64,000 nucleotides of DNA from positions 1 to 64,000 of the forward strand of contig NW_013546722.1 of assembly GCF_000760515.2 (NCBI RefSeq), written 5' to 3'. Shown here piece after piece: positions 9,999-21,487 of this stretch. Numbering within the stretch: position 1 is the stretch's first letter; the number at the start of each line of letters is the position of its first letter. A program made the position numbers and the translations under genes. The notes under the pieces are model-generated. The model made no database searches. It had not been told where the DNA came from and saw only the letters and a program-made list of their open reading frames with translations. Source of the DNA: Mitosporidium daphniae. Taxonomy: Eukaryota.

Positions 9999-12402
9999 TC
10001 AATAGCCTTCTTCTTCTGCGTCATCGTCATCATCGTCGTCATCGTCGTCATCGTCTTCACCATTGGCCTCTGAACCACTATTTCCAGCCAATTTAGATGC
10101 TTTTCTATTGCCTGAAAAAAAAGAGGTAGCCTGGCTTTGAAGGGAGAGACGTAGCCTCCTCTCAATAGACTCTGTATCATCCTCAGCCCATTGAAGGACA
10201 AGATGACGCCCATAAAGATGTGTGTGACGAAGAGCCGATAGTGCAGCTTCTGCATCCGCACGAGTAGTAAACTCGACAAAGGCAAACCCACGATGGCTAC
10301 CGGGAGAAGACGAGGAAACTGACACCTTCCTTGGGAGGCGAATCCTCTTGACCTGGCCAAATGGCATGAAAATCTTTCTAAGCTCTCCAGAAGTCGCTTC
10401 AAATGCAAGATTTTTAACCAAAAGGGTTGACCCGGATTTCTCTTTTGCACGAGTGTTATTCTCACCATCTTCGTCTAATTGGGCTTCATCATTCATGGCA
10501 AGTTGCACTTGTAGGCGATGGCCATCCAAAGTAGGAGGTTCTTCTTTTAAAAAAGAAAGTGCCTTCAATGCTGCAGAGTTGGAGGAAAACGAGATGAAAC
10601 CATAGCCACACGAAAGCATGCCCTTCTTTGGATCTTTTCTCATGCAAACTCTTGCAGAGGTTATATCACTGGCAGATTGAAAGCCGAGGCTTTTGATCGC
10701 TTTGAGAAGATTCTCCGATGTTGTATGGAAATTCAAGTTCTTCACAAAGAGAGATGTGGTCGTGCTCGGGCTCATATTTTCCAAGTGGCTTGAAATGGGA
10801 TCGTTGTTTGCTTGTGCTTGCTCTGCATGATCGATGATTATCGAGCCAGCTTTTGCTGCGACAGGCTTTGAATGAGGCTTGGGGGGTTCCGAAAGAACTT
10901 GAAAAGGCGCCCACTCAACGTAAAGGGGGGCAGATTTGAACCGCCGATAGGAAAGCGCTTTGAAGGCGGTCATAGCCGATTCTTCACTCTCCCACTCTCC
11001 AATTGCTATAGATTGTGTGGGTGGGACTAATAGGCGAACTAATCCCGAGGCTACAGCGCCGCCAATCCCGCCAATGAAGTCTCTGATTCCCTCCTCATCA
11101 ACATATGGGATATTTTTGATTAGAATTATTTTCTTTGAACGCTCCTTGAGGTGTCCATAATCAGGGATACCATGTTGGAGCATGAAGGATTTTGTCTGCT
11201 CAATAATAAATGTTTCAGCAATGGCCATTTTTGCCGCAGCATCTGGATCTGTAAGCAGAGCTCGTTTTGGTATGCCAAGGTGGGCAGAAATGGCCTCCAT
11301 CACGGCATCGGGGGCAAGAAAAAGCGAAGAAAACCTTTGGTTAGGTCCAGTTTCTTTGATCGTTGCTTCTTTCTCTTTTGCCAACTTGAGCTTTTTAAAA
11401 CATGTGATCGAATCCAAAGGTGGAGTATTTTTCTCTGCTGCAGGCCCAATCCATAAGCGCCGTCCCTGGAATATTGTGCCATTAAGTGAATTAAATGCAG
11501 CAAGTGCGTGCTCTGGCTGGTGAAACTGGACAAACCCAAATCCTTTTGAGCGATGGCTGTCTAGCGTAATTGGAAGAGTCACCTAGTCATGATTAGCTGA
11601 TAAAAAGACAAAAAGGTAAGAGAAAAAATACCGAAAAATCATATCTTACCTCTGAAATGGGACCATATGCTGAGAAGAGGGCTTCTAAATCCTTGCTTTT
11701 GCACGTATAGGAAAGGGAGCGCAGGAAAAGCCTTCCAGAGTCCAAAACAGACTCCTTTTGCTGTTGAATTGCATTTGGAGGAAGCTTCGGGGCTTCTTCA
11801 TTAGCAGTAGCCGACCTATTGTCGCTATTGGCCATCAACTTTGTATCTTTGATATTTGCAGTTTTTTGTGAAAAGGACCAATCTTCGTATTCATCATCAG
11901 AATCATTCTCCTTACGAGTGGAGATGGCATGTGATGTCTGGGTCGCATTAATATTGTCTCCAGTATTTTCGTCATCATTGGTCCAAGTTTGACCTTTACT
12001 TCTTGACTTCATTGCAGACAAAAAGGAACGAAGCTCGGGATCATTTTCATCTTCTTTGGAAAAGAGGGAAAGAAGGGTGGCTCTTTTTTCAAGCTTTTCA
12101 AGCTTCGTGGATACGCCTTTGGCGGGGAGAGCAGCACGAAGCGTGCTATGGGAAACAGGCTCAATTGAGATTTTAATTGTTCCGATAAACGTATTGTTGA
12201 AATGGTGAATTACCTTTGACGTATCTTCCGTATTTTCAAAGCCGACAAACGCAAACCTGCGGGAGACGCCCTGTGGCGTGCGGATTAATTTCAGATCGGT
12301 TATGGAGCAATTTATGGAAGAAAGATGCGTTTTCAGGCCCCTTTCATCCAGATCCCTTGGCAGGTTTTTTATAATCACCCTTGTGGTGGGAGGTGGCATC
12401 AT
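9999..12402 (-). CDS. MRD1: Multi-RRM pre-rRNA processing protein Mrd1/RBM19 (intron 11583-11649)
   Basis: Five RRMs. N-terminal TRVIIKNLP...SRRFAFVGF, APLYVEWAP, HLYGRHLVLQWA. The GTAAGA...CTAAT...TAG intron joins the two ORFs in frame. Confidence 0.92.
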
Positions 12403-12472
12403 GTTATTTAAAAAAATTTAAAATTCCGAAAGTTGAACTTTAATTTGTGTAAGTTGGCATAGAACTTTTCCA

Positions 12473-14048
12473 ATGCTGCGATTAGGCCTTCTCATTGTTG
12501 CCATAGCGGTGGCCGTGGTGCTGCCAACTCTATCATATGCTCATCAGCTTCATTTCATTAAGAATCCAGAACTTGTCTCCTCGTCTGCAAGTGAGTACAC
12601 TGCATCGATTTATTCGGTGTCTGCATTAATTCTGAAGGCATTTGGCTTGCCAAGCCCAGATAAGATTGAGTCGGACAAAAAGGCTGTAAAGTCTCCCGCT
12701 GAAAGACTGTTTACATTTGAATCGGCGCTTGCCGAATTGGGGCACAATCCACTCAATCCAGTCTCCAGCCAGTGGCTTCTTATTATAACTGGCATCAATG
12801 ACTCTGATTTTCCGTCTGATTACAAATTTATTTCCTCTTCCGCCTCTAGTTACCTGGCCCAAAAGAAGGAAAATGCAATGGAAACCGTTTTCAGGATTTC
12901 CCTTCATTCCCCATACTCTGGCTTGGACCTTAATCAGCTGTTAACACTGTCAGTGAAGACTCAGACTGAGTATCATCGAATTCATTTGGCAGATGTCCTT
13001 CTTCGGTCTGCGGCAATAGAATCGCCAACTGGAGAGCTAATTTTCCACGCCACAAATTCCAAAATTTTCCTCTCTGTGGCCACCTTTGACTTGCCTACAA
13101 CCAAGGTATGGATAGTTTCTAATTTTCCAGTTGTGTGGCAGGTATTTCGGCGGCACTATGCTTGATGTTGTCAATAAGACGCTTGAATCTTGCTCCAGTG
13201 AAAGAGGGCGATTTGGGGAGAATTTTTTTTCAATTCCCTCCTCCGATTTGGAGCTGCTTCTTTCAACGGAAGCCGGGAAGCTCTTTTTGTTGGAGTTTTC
13301 TCATCTCGTTAAAATCCTGAGCATTTCTTCAGATAAATCCATTTCCATGGTCATGGCGTCTTCGTCCCTTCAAGCGCTAAGGAAAGAGTCTTCCTCTGCA
13401 TATGCCGCTGCAATTTACCATTTAAAACATACGATTCTGCCTGTTGCTCTTGAGGCCGCTGAAGCGAAATATGGTCTTGGATCCATATTACTGCTCGGAG
13501 ATATTCTGCTCGGAATGGCATCGCTTGAGCATCGTCTTGGATCACTGCTTACAGATTCGATGTCTGCTCTCTCAAATGATGCGAATACTAGTTCTCACCG
13601 ACCCTTTTGTTACAAAAGTAGGGAGCTTTGCTTGTCCGATACAAATGGATGCTCACTGAATGGCGATTGCAGAGCTGTCCCGATTAGAACATCGTCTGCG
13701 TCTGGTGAAAATGAAGACGATGAAGCCGAACTGTGCTGGCAATGCTTGTGCCGCGATGGCTACACCGGAGCTTCGTGCCAATTTGAGGACATTTCGATTC
13801 CATTTTGGATTTCGTTCGCCTCGATTGTGATTTTTATTGCTGCTCTGATTGTCGTTGCTAGTACCTTTCTTGCGATTAACTCGCTGGGAAGCTCTGGAAG
13901 CTTTCCCGGTGGCGTATACGCACCTGCAGGCATGGCAAAAAAAGGGCGTACTGGTCCGGGAAATGGATTAGAATTCAGTGTCTCCTCTGATGAATGCTCT
14001 GAGAACAGTTTTCTTTTGGATGGCTCCGATACTTTCAAACATGACTAA
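12473..14048 (+). CDS. Type I membrane protein with signal peptide and Cys-rich EGF-like + TM C-terminus (Vps3844/DUF3844-like; intron 13106-13130)
   Basis: Signal peptide at the N-terminus. CYKSRELC..TNGCS.NG.C...CWQC.C..GY.G..CQ.EDISIPFW followed by a TM helix. Confidence 0.7.
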
Positions 14049-14252
14049 CATTAAATATCTGAATACTTCCATATTCCGTTAGTTCAACTCTTGGTCCAAG
14101 GACCAAGAGTTCTGTACCAAAAATGGCTCCGTCATAAAAGCTGGGCAACAGACCGTAGGAACGTCTTTCAACCCGCCAAATTTTATCGGCTGTGATCTAA
14201 AATTTAAAGCCAATTTAGTAATAAATTTCCAAGTAAATTTATTGTGTCGCAA

Positions 14253-15574
14253 ATGTCTTTGATGGACGAATACACTTTTGAGGACACCATTTGTGGTGAC
14301 CCAGGTATTGCGCACTATTACAAGACCAAAGTCGATGCCCTTGAAATGACCATTCTTAAAAAAACACATCATCTTGCCAGACTTGCAGCCCAGAGAAATG
14401 CCCTCAATTCACAAGGTTCTTCCACCATCCATTAATCATATAGTGCGCAAACTGCGCGAAGAGATCTTTTGGTTACAAGAGCCTTCTGGCTATGTTGGGG
14501 AAGTCATTAAGCTGATGGGAAAGAACAAGGTCCTTGTTAAGGTGCATACAGAGGGCAAGTATGTCGTTGACATCGAGGAAGGCGTGGATCTCCCTACGCC
14601 TTTGAAGACGGGAACGCGGGTTGCCCTTAGGAACGACTCATACACCTTGTACAAGGTGTTGCCGTCTAAGATTGATCCTCTCGTATCTTTGATGATGGTT
14701 GAAAAGGTGCCGGACTCGACCTATGACATGATTGGCGGGCTGGACAAACAGATCAAGGAGATCAAAGAGGTCATCGAGCTTCCCATCAAACACCCAGAGC
14801 TGTTTGACAATTTGGGCATCACCCAGCCAAAGGTTTGAATGCCGCACTTTTTACCGATCAGGGTGTTTTATTGTATGGGCCGCCTGGAACCGGAAAGACC
14901 CTGCTTGCCCGCGCAGTTGCCCATCATACGGATTGCAAATTCATTCGAGTTTCTGGCGCCGAGCTAGTCCAAAAGTACATCGGAGAAGGATCTAGGATGG
15001 TTCGCGAGCTTTTTGTCATGGCAAGGGAACATGCTCCCTCGATCATTTTTATGGATGAAATTGACTCCATCGGCTCCACAAGAACAGAGTCCAGCTCAGG
15101 CGGAAACTCCGGCGGCGGAGATTCTGAGGTGCAAAGAACAATGTTGGAGCTCCTCAATCAACTGGATGGATTTGAGCCGGTCCAAAATATCAAAGTCATT
15201 ATGGCGACCAACCGAATCGATATTTTGGATCCTGCGCTCCTCAGACCCGGAAGGATCGACAGGAAAATTGAATTTCCACCTCCAAATGATGCCGCAAGGA
15301 CCGACATCTTGAGAATCCATTCCAGGAAAATGAATCTTGTTCGAAACATTAACTTGTCCAGGATTGCTCAGAAGATGAATGGCGCCTCTGGAGCGGAGGT
15401 CAAGGTATCGTGTTGCTAGTTTTTCAAAAATAGGGTGTATGCACCGAGGCCGGGATGTTTGCTCTTCGTGAAAGAAGGATACATGTGACGCAGGAGGATT
15501 TCGAGATGGCCGTTGCCAAGGTTATGAAAAAAGACGTCGACACCAATGCTTCACTCCGCAAGCTGTTCAAATAA
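14253..15574 (+). CDS. RPT6: 26S proteasome AAA-ATPase Rpt6 (3 tiny introns)
   Basis: [56 protein letters not shown], ends KLFK*. Confidence 0.97.
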
Positions 15575-15681
15575 ATTTGAAGGCTGCCGACATCATTGAC
15601 GATGGTCACAATATTAAGTTAGGGTTACATGTGCATGGGTTGCAATTTTATTTTGTAATCGTCACCTTGCGTTCCTTCCAA

Positions 15682-16188
15682 ATGTGCTGTAGTAGAACTG
15701 TTGACAACACCTTTGTGGATCGCCTTTCTGCGGAGCTTCTCGCCTTGAAAGAAGACAGCTGCAAATGCAACGCTTTAGATGAGCACTCGACTCACGGCAA
15801 GTTCTTCTCAAACGCCCTGCCCTCCATTTCTTTAGCTGAATACATCATGCGTATTGACAAGGGCACAGACTCGAGCAGCAATTTCGATCTTTTTTTATGC
15901 ACCTTCGTTTTAATCAAGCGCTATTTCGTTGTCGCCACATCTTTGTCAATATGTCGCTCAAAAATCTCACTGCATCGGCTATTGCTAACTGCATTCACAA
16001 TCGCAAACAAGGCATATTCGGACACGTTTTACATGAACGCTTACTATGCCGTTTTGGGCGGCATTTCCGTTGAAGAGCTCGATGAGCATGAAAGCGATTT
16101 CCTGCAATTTGTTGACTGGGAAATATTGATCCACAAGCCGGAGATTGATACCCTGGTGGAGAGATTTTCGGCCGCTTTTGGCGAGTAG
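15682..16188 (+). CDS. Pho80/PCL-family cyclin
   Basis: PSISLAEYIMRI, LHRLLLTAFTIANK..D.FY.N.YYA.LGGI..EL..E..FL..DW. Confidence 0.85.
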   Translation: MCCSRTVDNTFVDRLSAELLALKEDSCKCNALDEHSTHGKFFSNALPSISLAEYIMRIDKGTDSSSNFDLFLCTFVLIKRYFVVATSLSICRSKISLHRLLLTAFTIANKAYSDTFYMNAYYAVLGGISVEELDEHESDFLQFVDWEILIHKPEIDTLVERFSAAFGE

Positions 16189-16383
16189 TTTGGGGAAGGC
16201 AAATGTGGCCTCGTGCCTGCGTATGTTTTGCGTGCCAACTTTTGCGCGGTTTTCGGCGCTGCGTCACCACTTGATCGAAATTGAAGTGGCGACACTAGTA
16301 GTAAACATTGGCATCATTTTGCTTGTAAATTTTAAAGTTGGAAAAATATTGAAACTTGTCACTGCACCGGAAATATCGTTTCA

Positions 16384-17106
16384 ATGGTGGAGTATTGGAA
16401 GAGCTTGAAAAAATACTACTGCATTTACTGCAAGATATTTTTGCTCGATAATCCAGCAAACCGGCGAAACCATGAAAAGGGTGAAAAGCACAAGCAAAGG
16501 ATGAAGGCCGTCATAGACGATGCAAGGGCGACCTCCGGGACAGCTGCCCCCAAAGCATCGAGCTCCTTCTATGGCGACCATGGTAACAACAGGATACCAG
16601 GTGAAGATCATGTGTTTCCTCGTACAAAAAGAGAATTCCATGCACTTTCTCCCTTATATACCGACTCGATGCCCTCTTTTTCGCGTATCCATTCGATGCC
16701 CACTCCAGAGATGGCCACAAAAAAGGCCCCAAAGACCTCCATTTCATTTTCCTTTAAGTCAAAAACGGAAACAAGCCCCGCCTCTGTTCCGCCTGCTTTT
16801 CCATCTTGTGTGGCGCAGAATGATCATGCTGCCGTTGCTAATCATCAAGCAGAGACGATTTGCAAAGATGATAAGGACATTGTGCCATGCAAAGATCCAT
16901 CCAGTAGTCCCAATGCTAGCAATCTGAGCGATGATCAATGTCCTCCAAAACGCCAAGCGATGGCCTCATCAAATCACATTTATTTGAAAGGGACAACGAA
17001 CCCATTGACTCAAAAACAGATCTTTTGGGCAAAGCCCCCCATGGCGTCTGAGAAAACACGGAAAAACGAGAGAATCACAATGGCTAGCGATGAGGAAGAA
17101 GATTAG
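16384..17106 (+). CDS. U1/matrin-type zinc-finger protein (WBP4/FBP21-like N-terminus)
   Basis: MVEYWKS.KKYYC.YCK.F..DN......HE.G.KH. No WW domain visible. Confidence 0.8.
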   Translation: MVEYWKSLKKYYCIYCKIFLLDNPANRRNHEKGEKHKQRMKAVIDDARATSGTAAPKASSSFYGDHGNNRIPGEDHVFPRTKREFHALSPLYTDSMPSFSRIHSMPTPEMATKKAPKTSISFSFKSKTETSPASVPPAFPSCVAQNDHAAVANHQAETICKDDKDIVPCKDPSSSPNASNLSDDQCPPKRQAMASSNHIYLKGTTNPLTQKQIFWAKPPMASEKTRKNERITMASDEEED

Positions 17107-17224
17107 GATATCAACCGAAATGTTCGCAACGCGCCGTATCATTTATGGCGCGCCCAGTGGGGCTTGTCCTGAATGATTCACGCATGTGGCTTATATGGCC
17201 TCAAAAATAAACTATTTATTCGAC

Positions 17225-17697
17225 TTATTTTTTCTTTTTCTCCTTCTTCTTGATGACCAAAACAGGTCCGGAGGATGAAGAGGCAACCTGGGGCTTTGCG
17301 GGAACTTGGATTCCCTTATTTACAACGCTTGCGCTTTTTTCTGCCACGGTAGACAAGGACGACAGCTCCGAATCCTTGATTGCTGGAAGAATGGATCCAA
17401 GCTGCTTGAGGAGTGTATTTTCTAAATTTAAAAGTCAAATTTAACTGGAACAGTCTTCTGATAAATTTATGTGCATCCTGCCGCATGTAAATGGATCTCT
17501 AGGATGTCTTTTTGCTTCCTAAACTGAGAAGATTTCGATACCTGAACAGAATATTGCAGGTTGAGCTTCTTGGCTGCGGTAACCAAGTGTGCAAGCTTCG
17601 GCGACGGGATGGATCTGGAAAGCGCGACCTTGCGCCCATCGCCTGCAGAGCGTTTGGAGTCAAAATACAATGGGTAAACGATCGCTGTCGGCGACAT
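17225..17697 (-). CDS. SEC65: Signal recognition particle subunit SRP19/Sec65 (introns 17519-17541, 17422-17445)
   Basis: IVYPLYFDSKRS...GRKV. Spliced EAKRHPRDPF.CGR. Lysine-rich C-terminus. Confidence 0.88.
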
Positions 17698-17763
17698 TCT
17701 GGCCAAATTTAATTTTGGCCATTAAATTTAAACTTAAATTTCCTTGCATGTTGCAATTTTATT

Positions 17764-19580
17764 ATGAGTCTAGTATTTGACGAGTTTGGAAGGCCCTTTA
17801 TTATCCTTCGCGAGCAGGAGCAAAAGAGCCGGCTGACCGGGATCCAGGCGCAGAAGGTATGCATTTGCACGCTTAAAATAGTCCCACATCATAGCGGCAA
17901 AAGCGGTTGCAAGAACGTTGCGTACCTCTCTTGGACCAAAAGGTTCTACATTGCGGTAAATTAAGCTCATAGGGCTGGATAAGATTCTCATCTCTCCAGA
18001 TGGCGAAGTGACCGTCACAAATGATGGAGCCACCATTTTGAGCCAGATGCAAGTGGAGCACCAAATAGCAAAACTGCTCGTTGAACTCTCCAAATCGCAA
18101 GACGATGAGATTGGCGACGGAACGACTGGCGTAGTTGGTACCAGTGCAATCGCCTTACTTTAGTGCTTGCGGGTGCTCTTTTAGAATCCTGCGAGTCGCT
18201 TCTGGATATGGGCATCCATCCGATACGAATTTCCGAGGGCTTTGACCGTGCTTGCGCAATTGCGGTCGAGCGGTTGGAAGCGATTTCAACGGACATGCCC
18301 GATCTTGGGCGTGATTTGCTAATTAATGTGGCAAAGACATCGCTCAGCTCCAAAATCGTCTCCAAATGCCACGATCACTTTGCAGCCATGGCTGTCGATG
18401 CCATTTTGGCTGTTGCAGATATCCAACGACGAGACGTTGACTTTGACCTGATCAAGGTTGATGGGAAAGTTGGCGGTGAGCTAGCAGATTCGATGCTCAT
18501 CAAGGGTGTTGTCATTGACAAGGAATTCTCCCATCCTCAAATGCAGAAGGAACTGACCGATGTGAAAATCGCCATTCTGACGTGCCCATTTGAACCACCA
18601 AAGCCAAAAACCAAGCACAAGTTGGACATCACCTCGCCGGAGGAATATTTCCAGTTGCAGCAGTATGAACGAGACACTTTTGAGACCATGGTGCAGCAAG
18701 TCAAGGCGTCAGGTGCTACTCTTGTTGTCTGCCAGTGGGGCTTTGACGACGAGGCCAACCACTTGTTGCTATCATCAGACCTGCCTGCCATTCGATGGGT
18801 AGGTGGGGTGTCGATCGAGCTTATTGCGATTGCCTCGAATGGGCGCATCGTGCCGCGATTCCAAGAACTGACTCCAGAAAAACTCGGCCATGCTGGGCGT
18901 GTGCGCGAGATGCCGTTTGGGACCACCAATGATCGTGTCATTGTTATTGAAGAGTGTGCAAACTCCCGGGCAATTTCCCTCTTCGTGCGCGGCGGGAACA
19001 AGATGGTATGTGGCATCATCGTCATTACCGCCTAATTGTAGATCGTGGAAGAAGCCAAGCGCTCACTACACGACGCCCTGTGTGCTGTGCGCAACATCAT
19101 TCGCGATCAGCGTGTAGTTTATGGCGGTGGTTCTGCAGAAATTGCCTGCTCCATTGCCGTGGCTGGTGCTGCCGACAAGGTTGGTGTCTTGTCTTTTCGA
19201 GCCGTTTATTGCTTTTCTTTTTCTTCTTTGGCACCCCTTTTTGGTCTCATTTCTCATCATAGGCAACGGGTGTTGACCAGTATGCGATGCGCGCATTCGC
19301 AGACGCCCTAGATATGATTCCCATGGCCCTAGCAGAAAATTCGGGCCTCTCGCCAATTGACCACTTGACCACCGCCAAGCAAAGACAGCTCAATGATAAC
19401 AATCCATATCTGGGCATCGATTGCCTTGGAAAGGGGACCATTAACATGCGCGAGCAGAGCGTGTTTGACACGCTGTTGGCCAAACGACAGCAACTCCATC
19501 TCGCCACTCAGCTTGTCAAGATGGTCCTCAAAATCGATGACGTCATCCTGCACCACCCCACCGCCGATCAGGGCCGTTAA
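17764..19580 (+). CDS. CCT5: Chaperonin CCT epsilon subunit (5 introns)
   Basis: [55 protein letters not shown]. Confidence 0.97.
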
Positions 19581-19698
19581 CCTTCTAATTAAATATATCG
19601 TTGGCATTGTTCCGGTGTTGAAACTCCCTTCGTATAGCCAAATGTGCACACACCCATTTCGGGCTCCCCGGTTCAAAGTTGACTAATTTTATGGCTGG

Positions 19699-20761
19699 TT
19701 AAGGGGGAACCATCATGCGTCGGCCTGGCACATATTCAAGGGGCGTTCTTTCGGTGAATCCAGACCCCGTGAAATGAGACTCTTGTTTCCTTTGATTGGC
19801 ATGCCCTGATGAGGGCTCCGGGGATGACGGTCGCGCCCAAGGTACCTCCGCCTTGTACGGTGGCGATACTTCGTGGAGCGGTGGCTCGTCTGAAAGCGAG
19901 AGCGTCTGTATGCCACCCACTGCCTTAAATAAAGTGGCAACACTTGCTGGTGTGGGTGAGTGATGCTGCGACTCATCAAAGCTGATATGGGTATCACCAC
20001 CAACTGGTTTGTAGTTGGGTGCAGACCTTACGGTCTGCAACGACGGCGGCGCTACATGCCAAAATGGGAGCTGCAACACGAAATTCTTGAGCGCAGGCGT
20101 TGGTCGCATTTCGTCGATCCATGCACAAATGCCCAACTTGCGCACAAACTCAGCAGAGTCCCATCGGATGGCGATCGAATCTACCAATGGGATAGCGCTG
20201 CTCTCCAAAACAACAAACTTGACCCTGAAATTCTACACAAAATCACGAAAATTATACAATTGAAAGTTCAAGTCCGGAAAATTGAGTCGATGAAATGTGG
20301 AACGGAGGAGCACCCCTCCAACCACCAGCGAGAAGACCAAGAAGAGTGTCCATCGCCGATGCGTTGAATAGACTTCCCGCGATAGAGAGAGTCTGTTCCT
20401 CCATTAGTGTAATTTCAGCAGTTCCATCGCTATTTCGAAAGATATCGGAAAGCGCGATCATCGGCGAGGGGGCACAGATAACCCCTTGGAGGTCAAATAG
20501 ACTCTTTGGATATTTTTGCAAAAAAATTGAAATCAGGCGTTCTCCACTTGCTTGCAAGCCAGGCGTGCAATACGAGATGGATGCGTTTTTTGAATATGCA
20601 GTTTGGGAATGCAATCTTGATGTGTTACTTTTTACACAGCCATCATCTTGCTGCAGGAAAGTTTGAAGAGGCGGGGTTGACCACTCTTGTTCGGTAAGAT
20701 ATATCCACCGGGTTTTGATTTGCTCTCTCACGGTCGCATCGCATTGGATATCGATGTTCAT
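19699..20761 (-). CDS. Hypothetical protein (two exons, intron 20233-20257)
   Basis: A 25-nt GTATAA...TGTAG intron joins ORFs 20252-20761 and 19699-20208 in frame. No family recognised. Confidence 0.7.
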
Positions 20762-21034
20762 TCAAAAGCCAATTGATATTTTCCAATTTAATCTGATTCA
20801 ATTGATCCCTCGATTTTAATTAATTTGGGATTTTTGACCAGCCAATAAAAGTTCTGCATTTGGTCAATTCCAAACTGGGCATTGACCAATAGCAATTGCA
20901 ACTAAACTATAAACTGCGAGCATCTAATTGGCATTTGAGGCAAATGACCACCAATTGATCTATTTAAAATCAACTATTGTGGTGATTGGTCACGACGATG
21001 ATAAAAACCGAATGCTTGGTCGTGAATAATTACA

Positions 21035-21293
21035 ATGACAAAGCCTGACACTCATCATCATTCGATGCCTGCCACCGTTACTCGGGATCGACATCTTCCA
21101 AGGTAGGGCATGTGATGGTTAAGAATTTAGAAATGGCGTTCTGGCTAAGGATGCTGTTAAGAAAGACGGCGGTGGAAAGGCCAACTGGGGGAAATTGGGA
21201 GAAGAGTTCCTCGATGAAGAATTCACCAACCCGCATCGCGATCCAGAGCCAGAGCCTAGTGTGAAATTTGTGAATCGGGATAAGCAAGTTTAA
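21035..21293 (+). CDS. Small hydrophilic Stf2/Tma10-like (HABP4/SERBP1-motif) protein, 76 aa (intron 21103-21130)
   Basis: Spliced: MTKPDTHHHSMPATVTRDRHLPRNGVLAKDAVKKDGGGKANWGKLGEEFLDEE... carries the KKxGxGKxNWG..G.E motif. Absent from the ORF track. Confidence 0.8.
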
Positions 21294-21487
21294 TTTGGGC
21301 GTCCACAGCGAATGCAAAATAAATTACCGTAACCTATTAATGCTGATGGCCGAGTTGAGCCCCATAAATTTAGCGCCAATCCAATTTAGCTCAATTCAAT
21401 GCGATCGAACCCGATCTCATTTTCACATGCAGGATGAGAGAGAAGGGCTTTGGTCCCATAGATTTACTTATAAATTTAGCTTATCAT

